A DNA stretch of 63,227 bases, the filler included, from Parasitella parasitica NRRL 2501 (Eukaryota; Fungi; Mucoromycota), in assembly GCA_025201805.1 (NCBI GenBank). It is 9 parts of 9 records of this genome, joined end to end, with 100 filler letters (N's around TTAATTAATTAA, not from the genome) between each part and the next. Parts side by side here need not be neighbours in the genome. Positions count along the whole stretch, not along the records: positions 44,447 to 61,264 come from MU619249.1; positions 61,365 to 63,227 come from MU619239.1; 7 more parts are not named here. One strand, given 5' to 3'. Below, one piece after another: positions 48,700 to 63,227 of this stretch. Made by a program: the position numbers and the translations under genes. The notes beneath the pieces were generated by a model, which saw only the letters and a list, made by a program, of their open reading frames with translations, was not told the DNA's origin and did not search any database. The stretch's first letter is position 1. Each line of letters starts with the position of its first letter.

Positions 48700-49911
48700 T
48701 AGAGAGTTTATACACTTTCGGCGAACTGATGATTTTAGTGATGAGAGCCAGGAGATGAGGTAAATTTTAGCTATCTCAAATATCATTATGTTGACATCTG
48801 GTTTTAGAATTGATACATCATTACCCCTCCAGCCTGTTGGCCACGGGTATAAGACGATAACCAAATTAGATGCATATCTTGAACAGTGAAAGTAATGTTG
48901 AAATGATAAACCGTGAAAAAGAAAAAATAAAGTGAATATCCTGATGAGTTGAGATGTTGTTGTAATTCTTGAATTGTTGCAATAGTATTGAATAAATCGC
49001 CAATAAAACCTCTGCATATTCAGAACACCAAGTTGGAAGAAAACAAATATAGTTTGCAAGGGAAAAAAGCAGAATTAAGCTTGTTAATGAAGTTAAGTGG
49101 TGTTGTTGTTGGTCTTCGGTTGCTGACCTAGCGTGCAACTTTTCTTCTGGTGAGAGATTTTGCAGCTCTCTTTACTTTGTTATTCGAGTCTTTGTCAGAT
49201 GCTCCAAGTCGAGACCAATACAACTTAATAGGCTCTTTTGAGTCAAAGTTGGATGGAACCTCCCATGTATCCCAAGATGAATCATAACCTTTCCAACGAA
49301 CCAAATACTCATAATGCGTGCTTTGCCCTTGGATTCAGGATAGCTTGTACCTCATATTCAGTTTCTGCTGTGTTGTCCTGTGGATTTGGAGATTAGTCTA
49401 TTAATTAATTTGTGATGTAAGAATATCTCTTGAACGGAACGTATCGGTTTTGTTCTTCAGAATATATCTACCGTTCTTTGTATAGCCATGAGTATAGAAG
49501 ATGCCTTCACACCTAGGATCTGTCTTACTATTATTGCTCTCTACATTCTTTATTATAACCGATGCGCCTATGGGGAGGGGCTATTTTGGTATCTTATGTC
49601 TTCTAAAAAAAGTATGCATTGTCAGCTTTCTGTATTCGAACAATGTGTTCTTGAATAGTGGGTAGGAGGATTTTATCAACTCGCTTGATTTCGTCTTTCA
49701 ATGCTTTGACATCTAGTTCTTGATCTGTTAAGAATACATTTTCTTTGGAGCAACCGTTTAATTCATTTGGAGGTCTTGCAAACATGGCTACAAATCGTTT
49801 CATTCTATGTAATGTAGTATTAACTGTGCGCATTTGTAGCTTATATCAGTTCAAGGTAACTCGATGAATCTAGAATTGGAATTCAGATCATTATAGTGAA
49901 TGTATTTCACA
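48700..49911 (-). mobile_element. Chromoviral Ty3/Gypsy remnant: integrase tail, chromodomain, PPT and start of the 3' LTR
   Basis: About 49240-49315 reads HYEYLVRWKGYDSSWDTWEVPSNFDS. An integrase C-terminal ORF lies at 49603-49833. The PPT GGCTGGAGGGGTAA precedes TGATGTATCAATTC at 48820. Confidence 0.85.
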
Positions 49912-50515
49912 ATCCCTAGTAGGTCAACGAGGTATAGCATACTCTCATTCACTAAACAATTATTTGAATCTGATCAAAGACTTCTACAAAGGGATGCTCT
50001 CAGCTCAAGGAATTTAGGACGCTTAGAATAATGTTCTGCATAGTGATTTGCGAGGCCTTTTGCCCTAATTCTGCATCAACATGGTAGTTATGTTTCGACA
50101 GGCGACTACTTTAATATGACGGCACACTTTGTGCTAGAATTTCACCGAAGAGTGTCTCAATACGTATATTTAACAGTTCCATTTAACCAGAACTAGAATT
50201 CTTTTAAGTCTCTTAAAAGAAGAATGCTATGTGAAGTTGATATAGTTCGCAGTGATTATTCTGGTGCTTAAAGCGAGCAATAGCTTGGGTTTTGTGTTTG
50301 CCGATAAACAAAAAGCAGATATATCATTTTACGTAACTTCCAAGTAATAATAATACTAATAAAATAAAAGATCGAGACTTTGCAAGTCTCTGTATATGAT
50401 TAAGTTATCTCCAAAGATCCTTTTTATTTTTGATACACACACACATCTTTATGGCGTTTTTGGTTTTTTTAAGATTTTTTTTTTCAGAAAACTAAAATGG
50501 TAGCTATATATTATC

Positions 50516-52234
<1,719 letters not shown>

Positions 52235-54171
52235 TTTTCTTAAAGTTGTAGAAGAAGAGAAAAAAATAAACAAAATCTATACCCCATAATAAAGCTTATT
52301 CGGTGCTTTAATAAGCATGGGGTTGACGTAAAAAGTCACTGTTTAGAATGTCGAATACAGGACCAGCAATCAAGGCCTTAAATCATAGAGCCCAATGTCC
52401 ATGGTATATTGATGGGTACTGTGTTCAGAGATCGGCACTGTATTTATATAGAAATTTACTATTGAAATTGCAGTATATGCTAAGCTTAAAGACGTGTTCA
52501 GGCACGGAAGCATTGATGATTTTCAGGCACACAACAAGAGCACAAAGCTGATCTATTTCCCTATTACTGGCTAAATATGTATGCACATGATATATTCAAT
52601 TTTTACTTTCGAATTCAAAGAGACAAAATCATATAGAGGGGTTCTTTTTTATTGTTATTATAAACCTAAATGATAGATGAAGCTTATAGACCAAGTTAGA
52701 GTATCTTTACAAATGACAATAGCTGAGTTATACCAACTATGGTCGGTTATTACATATCGACTTGAAATATTTTAAAAGAAAAATATGTTTTATTCGACCA
52801 AAAATTTTGCTTTTATTTCAAAAAATATATATATTGATGTACGTTACATAACTATATACGTATGTCAAATAACAATTGTATATTTTTATAGAATCTAAAG
52901 TGCATATAAATCCTTCAAAGATCACGTTTGTATCAGTTTTACAGTAACAAACTTTTGATTTAATCCCAGCATTGGCTTCTCTTTTTCCAGGTCGATCGTT
53001 TGCCATTTTCAGAATATTTTGGACACAAAATCGTAAATTACACAAAAAAACTCAATACAAACCATGTGTCTCTTACTAATAGTCATGAATTCAGCTTTTA
53101 GTTCTGTATTTATGAAGCTATTCACAAAGAAAAAAAAAGCATTTGAAGTATTGAAAAAACTGAAAAACTAAACTTTCGGGTGAAAGTCAATATTTCTACC
53201 ATACAGCATAAATTTGGAGCTCTACGTTGTAATAAGTTTTTCAATTTTTAGGGCAAGAAACACGACTCAGTATTATGATGGATTTTCCCCTGTAAGTAGC
53301 AAGGGCAAAATGGTGAAAAATCAGGTGTTTTTCAATAACCTAAAAAACACTATTAAATGCATTAAGGAAAACTACCCAAGCAGGGGGGAAAGTTTTGTTC
53401 ACTTCCGGGGCTTCATAGACGCTTGAAAGTGCTGTTTCAGGAGAGTTGAAATTGCCAATTTGCGCCTTTTTTTTAAAACAAATGTGTGCTAAGAGTGGCG
53501 TGAGTTAAGTATCCATATACATTTGTAATAAATCATGTCCAAATTTTTATTAGAAAACATATTAATTGAATGTTGATGTATTTCAGAATTTTTCGGCCTA
53601 AATTCATTCAAAAATGTCATGATGTAGGCCTTGGTGCCCTCGAAAACAGCAACTCTTCTACTAGTAACATCATAATCAGTCCTATAATTTGATGTATACG
53701 AAACAACGTTTTAAACGAATTTATTTGTAATTTTTGATTAAATGTGGTTGCCATTAACATTATGATAGCATGAGCATCATTCAGTTTTATTAGCAACGAT
53801 TGCAGGTGGCGGTTTCAGCTATTTTTTTTTCTTTGGTCCAACAGCCATTAAATAATTAACATTGAAAAAACTGTATTGACAACTAAGCAATCTATAGCAC
53901 AATTTCATCATAATTAATGCATTTACGATAATGTTGTTGACGATGATAATGAAACCTGAAATTAAATAGCCGAAAAAACTACCATCATTCCATTGACATT
54001 AGGTCTGTGTACATATACAACTGCAACATTCTTCCCGTCAATGGAACGCATATTGTCAGAACCTCCTAGGAAACCCCTCCTTGCTATATAGACAATTCAC
54101 AACATATTTTGATAACATTACTCTTCTCTTTTTATTCATCTCTCTCTTTTTTTTTTTTGTTGTAAAGAAAC

Positions 54172-55897
54172 ATGAAGATTTCGGCAATCATCGTGCTGCT
54201 TGCATGTGCAAATAGTTCAGTATTTGCATTGAATCCCATTGTGATCAAAGGGGCCAAATTTTTTGATTCAGTGACCAAAGAGCAGTTCTTTATTAAAGGG
54301 TAAGATTCGCTGTAGGCAAATGTATACAAAGAATATACACTAAAATGATGATATAGCGTCGCATACCAACCTCGAGGTCAAATAGCAGATAATACAACTG
54401 ATCCCTTGGCTGATCCTACTGCCTGTGCACGAGATGCGCCGTTGATGGCAGACATTGGAACTAATGTTCTCCGTGTTTATGAAGTAAAATCACATAATTC
54501 ATTCTTTTTCATGCTTTTTTCTGACTATCTGATGATAATTATAGGTTGACCCTAGAAAGAATCACGATGCCTGTATGAAATCATTTGCAGATGCAGGCAT
54601 TTACTTGCTACTGGACATCGCCACACCTCACTTCTCCATCAATCGCAAGTCACCTGAGTATGGCGTTAATCTGTACAAGGCCTACAAGGGAACAATCGAT
54701 GCATTTGCAAAATACGACAATCTGATTGGATTTATCGCTGGTAACGAAGTAACTAACGATAAAACCAACACACAGGCTTCTGCCTACGTTAAAGCAGCCC
54801 TCCGCGATATCAAATACTACATTAAAAACTTCAAGCAAAGACAGATTCCAGTTGGCTACGCAAGTAATGACGACGAATACATTCGCGATTCCATTAAAGA
54901 CTATTTCAATTGCGGCGATGTCGAGTCTCAGGTAATGTAAACAGCTTGTACTGCGCTCGTGCGCCAAGCTCATTCCTTGAATTAGGCCGATTTCTTTGGT
55001 GTTAATCTGTACGAGTGGTGCGGTGTATCTACCTTTCAAAAGTCTGGATTCAAGGACCGCACCAAAGAGTTTGAAAACTACAGCAGACCAGTATTTCTTT
55101 CGGAATATGGATGCAATCTGGTTACGCCAAGGGGCTTTACTGAGGTTGCTGCCATCTATGGACCGGATATGACCGGTGTTTGGTCAGGTGGTGTAGTATA
55201 TGAGTGGACTCAAGAAAACAACAGATACGGTCTAGTCAAGGTGTCGGCCTCAGGAGAAGCAGAATTACTGCCTGATTACACAAATCTCAAGGAACAGATG
55301 GACAAGGTAAATCCCCAGGGGGTCAAGATGGACTCTTACAATGAGCAAAGGCCTGCGTCCAGCTGTCCTTCCATCAGTGCTAATTGGAAGGCATCCTCAG
55401 AACTGCCACCAACGCCCTCTGATGGTGCCTGTGAATGTATGGTGCAGAACATGAACTGCGTTGCATCTGATAAAGTCAGTAGTATTCCCGGTCAGACAGG
55501 CAACAGCACACTTGGTAGCCAGCTAGATACCATGTGCGGCCTTGTGTCATGCACGGAAATTGGCGGCGATGCTGAAAAGGGTGTATATGGCGCATTTTCA
55601 TTCTGCTCTCCCAGAGACAAGCTCAGTTGGCTTTACAATTTGAAGGCCAAGGAATTGATGAAATCATCTCCCACAAACTTTTGCAATTACAATGGCCTTG
55701 GGCAAGAGATTTCTCCCAAGCGAAATGATCTCACTGCTTGTGCAAAGATTGCCCCTGATTTAGAAGGTTCTGCTGATGATGGCACCTTTAATACTCTTTC
55801 CTCATCTGGTGCACAAAAGGCCACTCGTAGAATGATTTACGGCGATGCGTTTGTGGCGTCTGTTGTATGCGTACTTGCTGCTACTTTTTTCATGTGA
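54172..55897 (+). CDS. GAS1: GH72 1,3-beta-glucanosyltransferase with X8/CBM43 domain and GPI signal, multi-exon
   Basis: Signal peptide, FFIKG|[29 protein letters not shown], a Cys-rich X8 domain and a hydrophobic tail. Confidence 0.92.
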
Positions 55898-56587
55898 ATT
55901 AACCCTCCTATTACATAACAATAAAACTTGCTTTTTTTTTGCAATACATGGCAACAGATTTGTATACAGTCTATGCGTTGGATGCTCTGTCAGAGTGCGT
56001 ATATAGAATTCGTTGTGTTTATATATATTATCTTGATTATGTATGTGCATGTAAAAGAGATGTAAGTAAGCAGAATGCCCATGAAATTAAAAAAGGTACA
56101 TCATGTTGGATTTTTCTTGTCTTTCTATAGTCTGTTGGATGCAAAATGACGTTTCGCTCCAGCAATATAAAAGAAATTGTTGTCGTTTGGGTGCTGAAAG
56201 GATGGGGGTTGTTTCAAGGGATATATGATAATAATAAGGCTGCCGTTTTATTGCAGCATTCAAAAGACCATTGTTAGCTANNNNNNNNNNAAAAAAAAAA
56301 AAAAAAAAAAAAAAAAATGTAGAATTTTATAGAAGGAAAGGCGCTCAAGCAAGATCGGCCCTGAGGAAGCACGAAATCAAATTTTCCCCTATTTTACTTT
56401 CAGCGTTTTGGTACAGCACATATTAGACACTCAAAACTCCCTTTTACATCATGGTGTATATATACTCCTTCATTTTCCTTGTTTTTTTTAGATTTCGCTT
56501 TCATACATTTTTTAACAGAGGCACCTCTCTCATTTGTCTTTCTTTCTTTTTTACTTGTAAAATAAATACGTTCAAAAGTGTCACAGC

Positions 56588-59500
56588 ATGACAAGCCTCG
56601 TATCAACCACAGCTCAACCTTCGCCAAAAAGGCCGGTGCAAAAAAAGCAGAATAAATTAGGCCCTTACAACTTGCTACAGACGCTGGGAGAAGGTGAATT
56701 TGGCAAAGTCAAATTAGGAATTCATATTGAAACCGGCCAAGAGGTGATGTAGCTTAATCTCAAGTTGGTTGCTGTAGCGATGAATTGACACTGTTGATGC
56801 TTAGGTTGCCATCAAACTGATAAAAAAAGAGGGCACTGGATCAGACACTCGAATCAACAAAGTAGAAAGGGAGATATCGGTGCTCAAGGTCCGTATTAGT
56901 ACATTTGCAAGCACTGGTTGTATAGTATAATAACTCTTTTGCAGACACTGAACCATCCTTACATTGTCAAACTGTACAACGTTGTAGAAACTGAGAAATA
57001 TATTGGAATCATATTGGAATACGCTTCGGGTGAGTAGCTACACACACACATCTCTTGGTCCCTTATTCAGCTCTTGCACATCTTTTGTAGGCGGCGAATT
57101 GTTTGAATACATCCTAGCTCACAGACATCTGAAAGAAAAAGACGCAAAGCGATTCTTTGCCCAGCTGATCAGCAGTGTTCAGTATATGCATAAACGCAAA
57201 ATAGTCCACCGTGATTTGAAATTAGTGAGTTGTCCCAAAACCATGATTCAGGAGAATCAAAGATCTTTCCCCTTACTTACACATGGATATACGCTAGGAA
57301 AATCTATTGTTAGACAAGAACCGAAATATTATTGTCACTGATTTTGGCTTTGCAAACCAGTTTGCGTCTGCTGCTGATGATATGATGGCAACCACATGCG
57401 GTTCGCCTTGCTACGCTGCCCCTGAGCTGGTCGTAAATGCTGGTCTTTACGCTGGATCTGCGGTCGATATTTGGAGCTGTGGCGTTATCTTGTATGCAAT
57501 GCTTTGCGGATTTCTTCCTTTCGACGATGATCCTTCCAACCCTGACAGCGATAATATCAACCAGCTCTACCGCTATATTTTGTCCACCAATCTCATATTT
57601 CCGGCTCATGTCAATTCAGATGCCAGAGATCTGCTGACAAAAATGCTGGTACCTGATCCCACAAAGAGGTGTTCGCTTGACTATATCGTCAAACATCCAT
57701 GGCTAGAGACCTATCGCCAGTTCCTGAAAAAAGATGCCGCCCAGCTCGAAATGGAAGTATTAGCTGCATCGAGATTATCAAGCATGCCCGATACAAGTCA
57801 TAAACCAGACCTAATTGTAAACAGTAGCGTATCAACTTCGTTACCCAGAAAAATGACAGCGGCAGGGGCACATGCATCTCCAGCAAGAAAAACACACATC
57901 CCTGTCATAACACGGGATCGCTTTGCTCCTGTCGCAAACGACAAATACTTTGTAACTAATCATAAACTAAGTAATGCAATGACTGAGAAGCCGCTATCCG
58001 CCACACCTAAAACCACCTCTAATCCCCAGCAACAAAAGGCATTCAAGCACTTTTCAATTGGACGCTCGCCTGCTACTTCAACGATCGTGGAAAAGCCAAT
58101 CCATGCGACCAACGTTAAGACATCGAAAGTACCCAACATCATTACGAGAAAGCCCGTAAAGATGGAAGACGAACCAGCCTCCAATGATTCCGCTGTTACA
58201 GTAGCCTCTGCTGCTGATGCTGTCAGTGTGCTAGATGATTTACACTTTGAAAAATCTCTATCGTCTCCTTTGTCTACTCAAGACAGCCCTGCGTTAGCTT
58301 CCATTGCAAGTACGAGGAAAAGCCAGCGACGTGGAGCTGATAAATTTTTGAGTTTCTTTACTGGGGGTAGAGCCTCTCATATACCTGTAGTTTCCCAGAA
58401 AGACAATGAAGACGAGGCTGTTGTCAATGAGGAAAAAGAGAATAGCGTTATCGCTGCAACCTCCATTGTTACCAGCAATGAAAGCTACCATGAGACTTTG
58501 GAAGAAGTCGTCCAAGACGATCCAGTCCAAGATTCTGCAATCAGCAGTGTCGCAGAACTGAACAGCAATTACGCACAAGAAGAGAATGACCAGAAGTTGC
58601 TGCACTCCTCCTCTGAAGCTTCAACTGTGGGTGGATCACTACCACCTTCATGCTCATCTCCGGTCAATGTCACTACATCTCATAACAATACATATACTGC
58701 AGACGATGACAACGAAACCCCTTCTGAGCAAACATTAGCCCAAGCTATAGACGACGTAAACGCCCTAAAAAGCAGCTCATCAACGATTGAAGAAGATCAA
58801 GAAGGTGAAGCAAATGCCTCCAGTGGGTCTCTGTGCGATGGCACAGCTTCAATTGTGTCTCAGCGTCTATCGTTGGAACGAGAGCGCGGCGGCAGCATCA
58901 GCAACGCCTCTGTCTTGTCGGAGCAAGGCATAGATTCCTCGCCGCATAGCAGTAGCATAGTATCATTTAAAGATGCACCACGACGCGCACCGCCTATATT
59001 CAACTCTCAACTGGCTGGCTCATCGTCTTTAGCTATGCGCCATCAGCAGTATAATAATAACAATCATGTTCGTATTGATACTAGCTCTTCTGTCGTCTCT
59101 TCATCCGCTGACGGCTATGTTGATAATGCTTCATTATCTTCTGCAGGCACTTGTCCTCATCCAGAAGTCTCCAATTCGACTCGCTTAACCGCTAAATTTG
59201 TTGTTTCTAACGCTATGGGTGATGGTGGAAGAAAGGCTATGGCTGCTGTTCGCCGCAGTATTTACAGAAAGCACAAGAGCCAGCCTCCTCCAGCTGGCAC
59301 TAATGTCCAGCAACAACAGGCAGTATCCAACAGCTCTTTACGTTCAAGTAGCCAAAGAAATTCCGCACCTGCAAGTGAGCAAAAAGAACCCCTGATTTCA
59401 TTTGCGAAAAGCAGATTTGAAGAGACAAACACACAAATTCCTGAAAAAAAGCAGCAGCAGCAACAGCAACAACATCATGCAAAGAATAGCAGTTCAATAA

Positions 59501-60634
59501 TGGCGGCATCTGCTTCTGAAGCAACAGCAACCACGGCAGCAGCTAAAAGCAATACTGGCAAAAAAATGATGGACTGGATCAAGAAGAAATCGCATGGTAT
59601 GGCTAATCTAGATGTTGCTACATCGAGCAATGTATATCTAAGGTTTAATTAATTGTTTTGTAGGTAAAGAGAGCAGAAAGGAGGTAAATGCACATGTAAC
59701 AGCCAGAGCAGCGATTGCAACAAATAAAGTGCCATCAAGACCGCCTACCCAAATATTGACTAGATCTCGAAATATCAGCGGCAAGAAGGAGGCCAACGCT
59801 CCTGCAGCTCAAGCTAAAACATCCCGCAGTACTAAAAACGCATCAGCAGCAGATAGTGCGCCAACTAAGAAGAATAGTAAAATACCTGCTACCACACAAA
59901 AAACTAAAAAAACCGTGATATCGATCCTGGCTTCCCCTACTTTGCCAAAGCATACACTTGATTCACCCATAGTCTCAGCAATAATAGAGCCAAGGAAGCA
60001 GCAGGAAAAAGAAGACATCAGCATACCCGAACAGAATAGCATTCGTGTAAGACACCGTGCTCTTAGTGGAAGCGAAAATGCAATTGCAGAATTAATCAAA
60101 AAGCAAGATACCGTTGATCAGCGCATCCAGGTGCATCAAGGGGCAATTGACAGAAAAGCACTTACGTCGCAATCGCCTGCACTTGTAATTAAAGATGCTG
60201 CTCGAATCTTGCATATCCTTGGCATTGATACCACTTTGGAGTCTCCTTATATACTCAAATGCTGCCGTAGAAAAGCAAAGTCATTTGTTGCTGCTGAATT
60301 GCTCAACAAACAGGGTCAAAATAAAGAAGATGACGAGGAAGAGGAAGAGGAAGATTTGGTTATCGATGGCTCTTCAGCTACTTCATCTGGTATTTCAGCT
60401 GCTACTGCCGTGGTAAGAGGAGAAGATCCAATTTACGGCGACGCTTCAATTGATAACGGTGATGAAATTCGATTTGTGGTGGAAATGTGCCGATTCAAAA
60501 ATTTGCCTGGATTATACATTATCGATATTCGTAGAGTCAGAGGCAATGCCTGGGCTTATAAATTTTTGTATCATAAGCTCATTGATTTCTTGGATTTGGG
60601 TAAAGACAACTACATGCATTCCATAAAAAAATAG
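56588..60634 (+). CDS. KIN4: KIN4-like CAMKL Ser/Thr kinase with a C-terminal KA1-type domain, multi-exon
   Basis: [46 protein letters not shown], and a C-terminal IRFVVE...[11 protein letters not shown]. Confidence 0.85.
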
Positions 60635-60736
60635 ATATATTCAACACTTAATAAAACACATCATATGCTTTTTTTTTGCCAACACAAAAGCAACTAATTT
60701 ATTGTTCGGTACCAATATTGTCGATTTTTTCATAAA

Positions 60737-61264
60737 TCTCCATATTCTTAAAATGATGAGAAGTTACGAGTTATTTTGCGGTCACAGTAAATTTACAGCT
60801 TAAATAAAAGTTATTTTACGGCCACAGGAAATTTACAGCTTAAATAAAAGTTATTTTACGGTCACAGGAAATTTACAGCTTAAATAAAAGTTATTTTACG
60901 GTCACAAGAGTTTTTTAATATACCAAAATAGGCACGCAGCTCAATAAAAACAACAATCAGTAGACTTTAGCTTCAAAGAACCATGAATGAAATTAATACA
61001 AATGTATGCCGCTTCTGTGGAAGAAAAGGCCACTCAAGACGATCACATAGCAACTGCGCTCAGAATACTTCCGTAACAGCTATCTCTGATTCCGTCGACA
61101 TGACAATTGTTTCTGATCCTGTCGATGCAACAACTGTCTCTGATCCTGTCAACATAACAAATGTTCCTAATGTTGTCACATGTCGTTTTTGCGGAAGAGA
61201 AGGCCACTCAAGACGATCACATAGCAACTGTGCTCAGAATACTGCCGTAATAGCTATTTCTGAT
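60737..61264 (+). mobile_element. Probable Helitron 5' end: A|TC start, 40-bp tandem repeat and an ORF with duplicated zinc knuckles
   Basis: A|TCTCCATATTCTTAAAATG start. The ORF from 60983 has CRFCGRxGHSRRSHSNC twice. Truncated by the gap. Confidence 0.55.
60769..60907. repeat. 40-bp tandem repeat, about 3.5 copies
   Basis: Units of AGTTATTTTACGGTCACAGGAAATTTACAGCTTAAATAAA at 60769, 60809, 60849 and 60889. Confidence 0.95.
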
Positions 61265-61364
61265 NNNNNNNNNNNNNNNNNNNNNNNNNNNNNNNNNNNN
61301 NNNNNNNNTTAATTAATTAANNNNNNNNNNNNNNNNNNNNNNNNNNNNNNNNNNNNNNNNNNNN

Positions 61365-61640
61365 CATCAATGGTGAAAGCATTCAGCATAATTTGCTTCT
61401 CCTTAAAACCTAAAATTAAACAACGACAAATTAACGCATTGACTCTAGGATCAATGCTTCATTCATGAGAACTGATATACAACATACAACTCAAATCCTA
61501 TAAATACTAAGATGTTTTTCTCTAGATAAAACTTCAGTATACTTTTATAATAAAGAACCCCAAACTTGATTATAATTGTAATTTCATAACGCTTTTATTT
61601 TTACTTTTTTTTATTTCGTAAATCTTTCAAATTTACTGCA
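61365..61640 (+). repeat. LTR-like repeat, family C
   Basis: Homologous to 46941-47217. Confidence 0.75.
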
Positions 61641-62540
61641 GTCTGATCTCTGATAATGGTTGGCTCAATCAGCTGTTAATGTCCCACTTGCGTGTTGCGG
61701 CTCCTGACTTACCTCAGGTTGCTGTCCTTTTGGATCAAGAAAAGGCGTATGATCGGGTTCATCCTGAGTATCTTCGTCTTGTTTTGCTTCGGTTTGGTTT
61801 CCCTGCTGGTTTGGTGTCTTGCTTGTCGTCTTTGTTCTTTGGAACAAAGATTAATGTTTCTATCAATGGTTGGCTTGGTGCTCCTGTTCCACAGTTGAGA
61901 GGGCTTCGACAGGGTGATCCTCTGTCACCTTTGCTGTTTAATTTGGCGTTTGAGCCCTTACTTCGTTCTCTGCTTGCTTGTCCTGGTCTTTCGGGTGTTA
62001 CTCTGTCTCCTGTTACTATCCCTCGCCAATGGAAGCCTTCTCCGGCCGAAGTTGGGGACAGTCCCTTTAACTGGCCTCTGGACTACGTGAGTAGCACTGG
62101 TGCTCCCGCTCCTGTCAAGATACTCAGCTATGCGGATGATTTAGAGGTGTTTTTGTCTTCCCCAGATGAGTGGCCAGTCTTGTTGTCTCTATTGGATATG
62201 TATGGCCGAGCGTCTAACGCGAAGGTCAATCTTAGCAAGACTGTGCTGGTGTCTCTTTCTGGTAGGCCGCATTCCGCTTGGGTTGCTTTGGCGCATGCTG
62301 CTGGTATCCAGTGGCATGATGCTCTATCTTGCGGTGCGGTCCGATACTTGGGTTATCCCTTGTATCATACTGATAGTCAACTGAGTGATTTTCTAAATGA
62401 CTTATTAGTAAAGGTCCAAAGACACTGCAACTTGTTGAAGCAAAGAAATCTCTCCGTTCGGGGAGCTGGACTTGTGGCTAACTCGTTGCTGTTGTCCAAG
62501 GTCTATCATGTGTTGCGTGTTGTTCCTGGTGGCCCTGCTA
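61641..62540 (+). mobile_element. Internal RT fragment of a second, diverged L1-like LINE family
   Basis: DQEKAYDRVH, QGDPLSP, YADD and RYLGYPL. Truncated at both ends. Confidence 0.9.
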
Positions 62541-63227
62541 CTATATCCGTTTCATCACTTTGAGAGGATTCCAAACGGACCATTTCGACACGAGCCTTCT
62601 TAGGACGACCACGGCGAGCTTTTTGAACCGAAGATCCACTTTCTTCGGTGCGAACCACTTTCTCAATTGGCAAAAAGGTAGATTCAAGTACTTGTTCTGA
62701 ATCCGAGCTAGATTCAGGAGTATCACGCTTAATGAGACGCATCTTCCGTTGAGTAGCTGGTAAAATTGGTTGCATAGTTAGGATTGAAAAATAAATAAGA
62801 AGTTAAAAGTAACTTGTAGATAGTTTACAGGCTACCCAGCATTTATACTTTTTTTGATTTAATAATACTGAAAAGTTAGAGCTATCACATTGGTTCACTG
62901 TCCGGATTTCAGTATTATTAACTTTGTTTATCTTTTTTAATTTCATAATACCAGTAGATTTTCAGTATTGTTAAGTGGATTTCAGTATCATTAAGTGGTA
63001 CAATCCTTATATGGAAACTATTTTGGACAATTCCTCAATTTTAATTGGAGGAAATAAATACTTTATTTCTAAAAATATTTTTTTTAGTTCTGATACTCTA
63101 TGTTGTGCGAACTCGAATGGCATGAATTGACTATACGTGAAATTTGAGTCTTATCTTTTCAGTCATGCGCTTTTAGTTATACCATTCCATTGCACTAAAT
63201 TTCAAATTGATAACTTAATTTTTTAAC
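62541..63227 (-). mobile_element. End of an unclassified DNA transposon with an AT-hook ORF start and subterminal repeats
   Basis: ORF from 62775(-) contains RRGRPKK. TTTCAGTAT repeats occur in both orientations at about 62860-62990. About 63035-63100 matches about 11630-11700. Confidence 0.45.

Noticed and set aside
60769-60907. Possible CRISPR array
   Set aside because: The units are contiguous near-identical 40-mers without unique spacers, and the context is eukaryotic.

Overview
AT-rich, intron-containing eukaryotic DNA whose genes and transposons point to a Mucorales fungus (Mucor/Parasitella-like; inference). It is a draft scaffold in which contigs are joined by N-TTAATTAATTAA-N linkers. 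Two gene-dense blocks are present. The first (about 12-32 kb) holds tRNA-Arg, SNX3, TRM1, a PTRHD1-like gene, DAD3-like, YABBY/HMG-like, a TRAF/RING gene, NUC1, a pseudo-kinesin, CRD1, a fasciclin and a GPI protein. The second (about 50-61 kb) holds ATP2, a GH72/GAS gene and a KIN4-like kinase. These alternate with transposon-rich tracts containing a DIRS element, CMC/CACTA ends and a transposase remnant, L1-like LINEs, an intact DD34E Tc1/IS630 element nested in a Myb-bearing TIR element, Helitron pieces, nested solo LTRs and a chromoviral Gypsy remnant. The most interesting signal is missed by the ORF track. A Fanzor/TnpB-type RuvC C-terminus (CNTVWNRDIMAANNI...RP) at 33074-33208(-) runs into a TA-flanked transposon end with a 22-bp periodic array, which is a candidate omegaRNA/guide locus. 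A probable Fanzor1 N-terminal fragment lies at 10243-10851. The 18-kb gene-free tract around the LINE resembles a Mucorales pericentromere.
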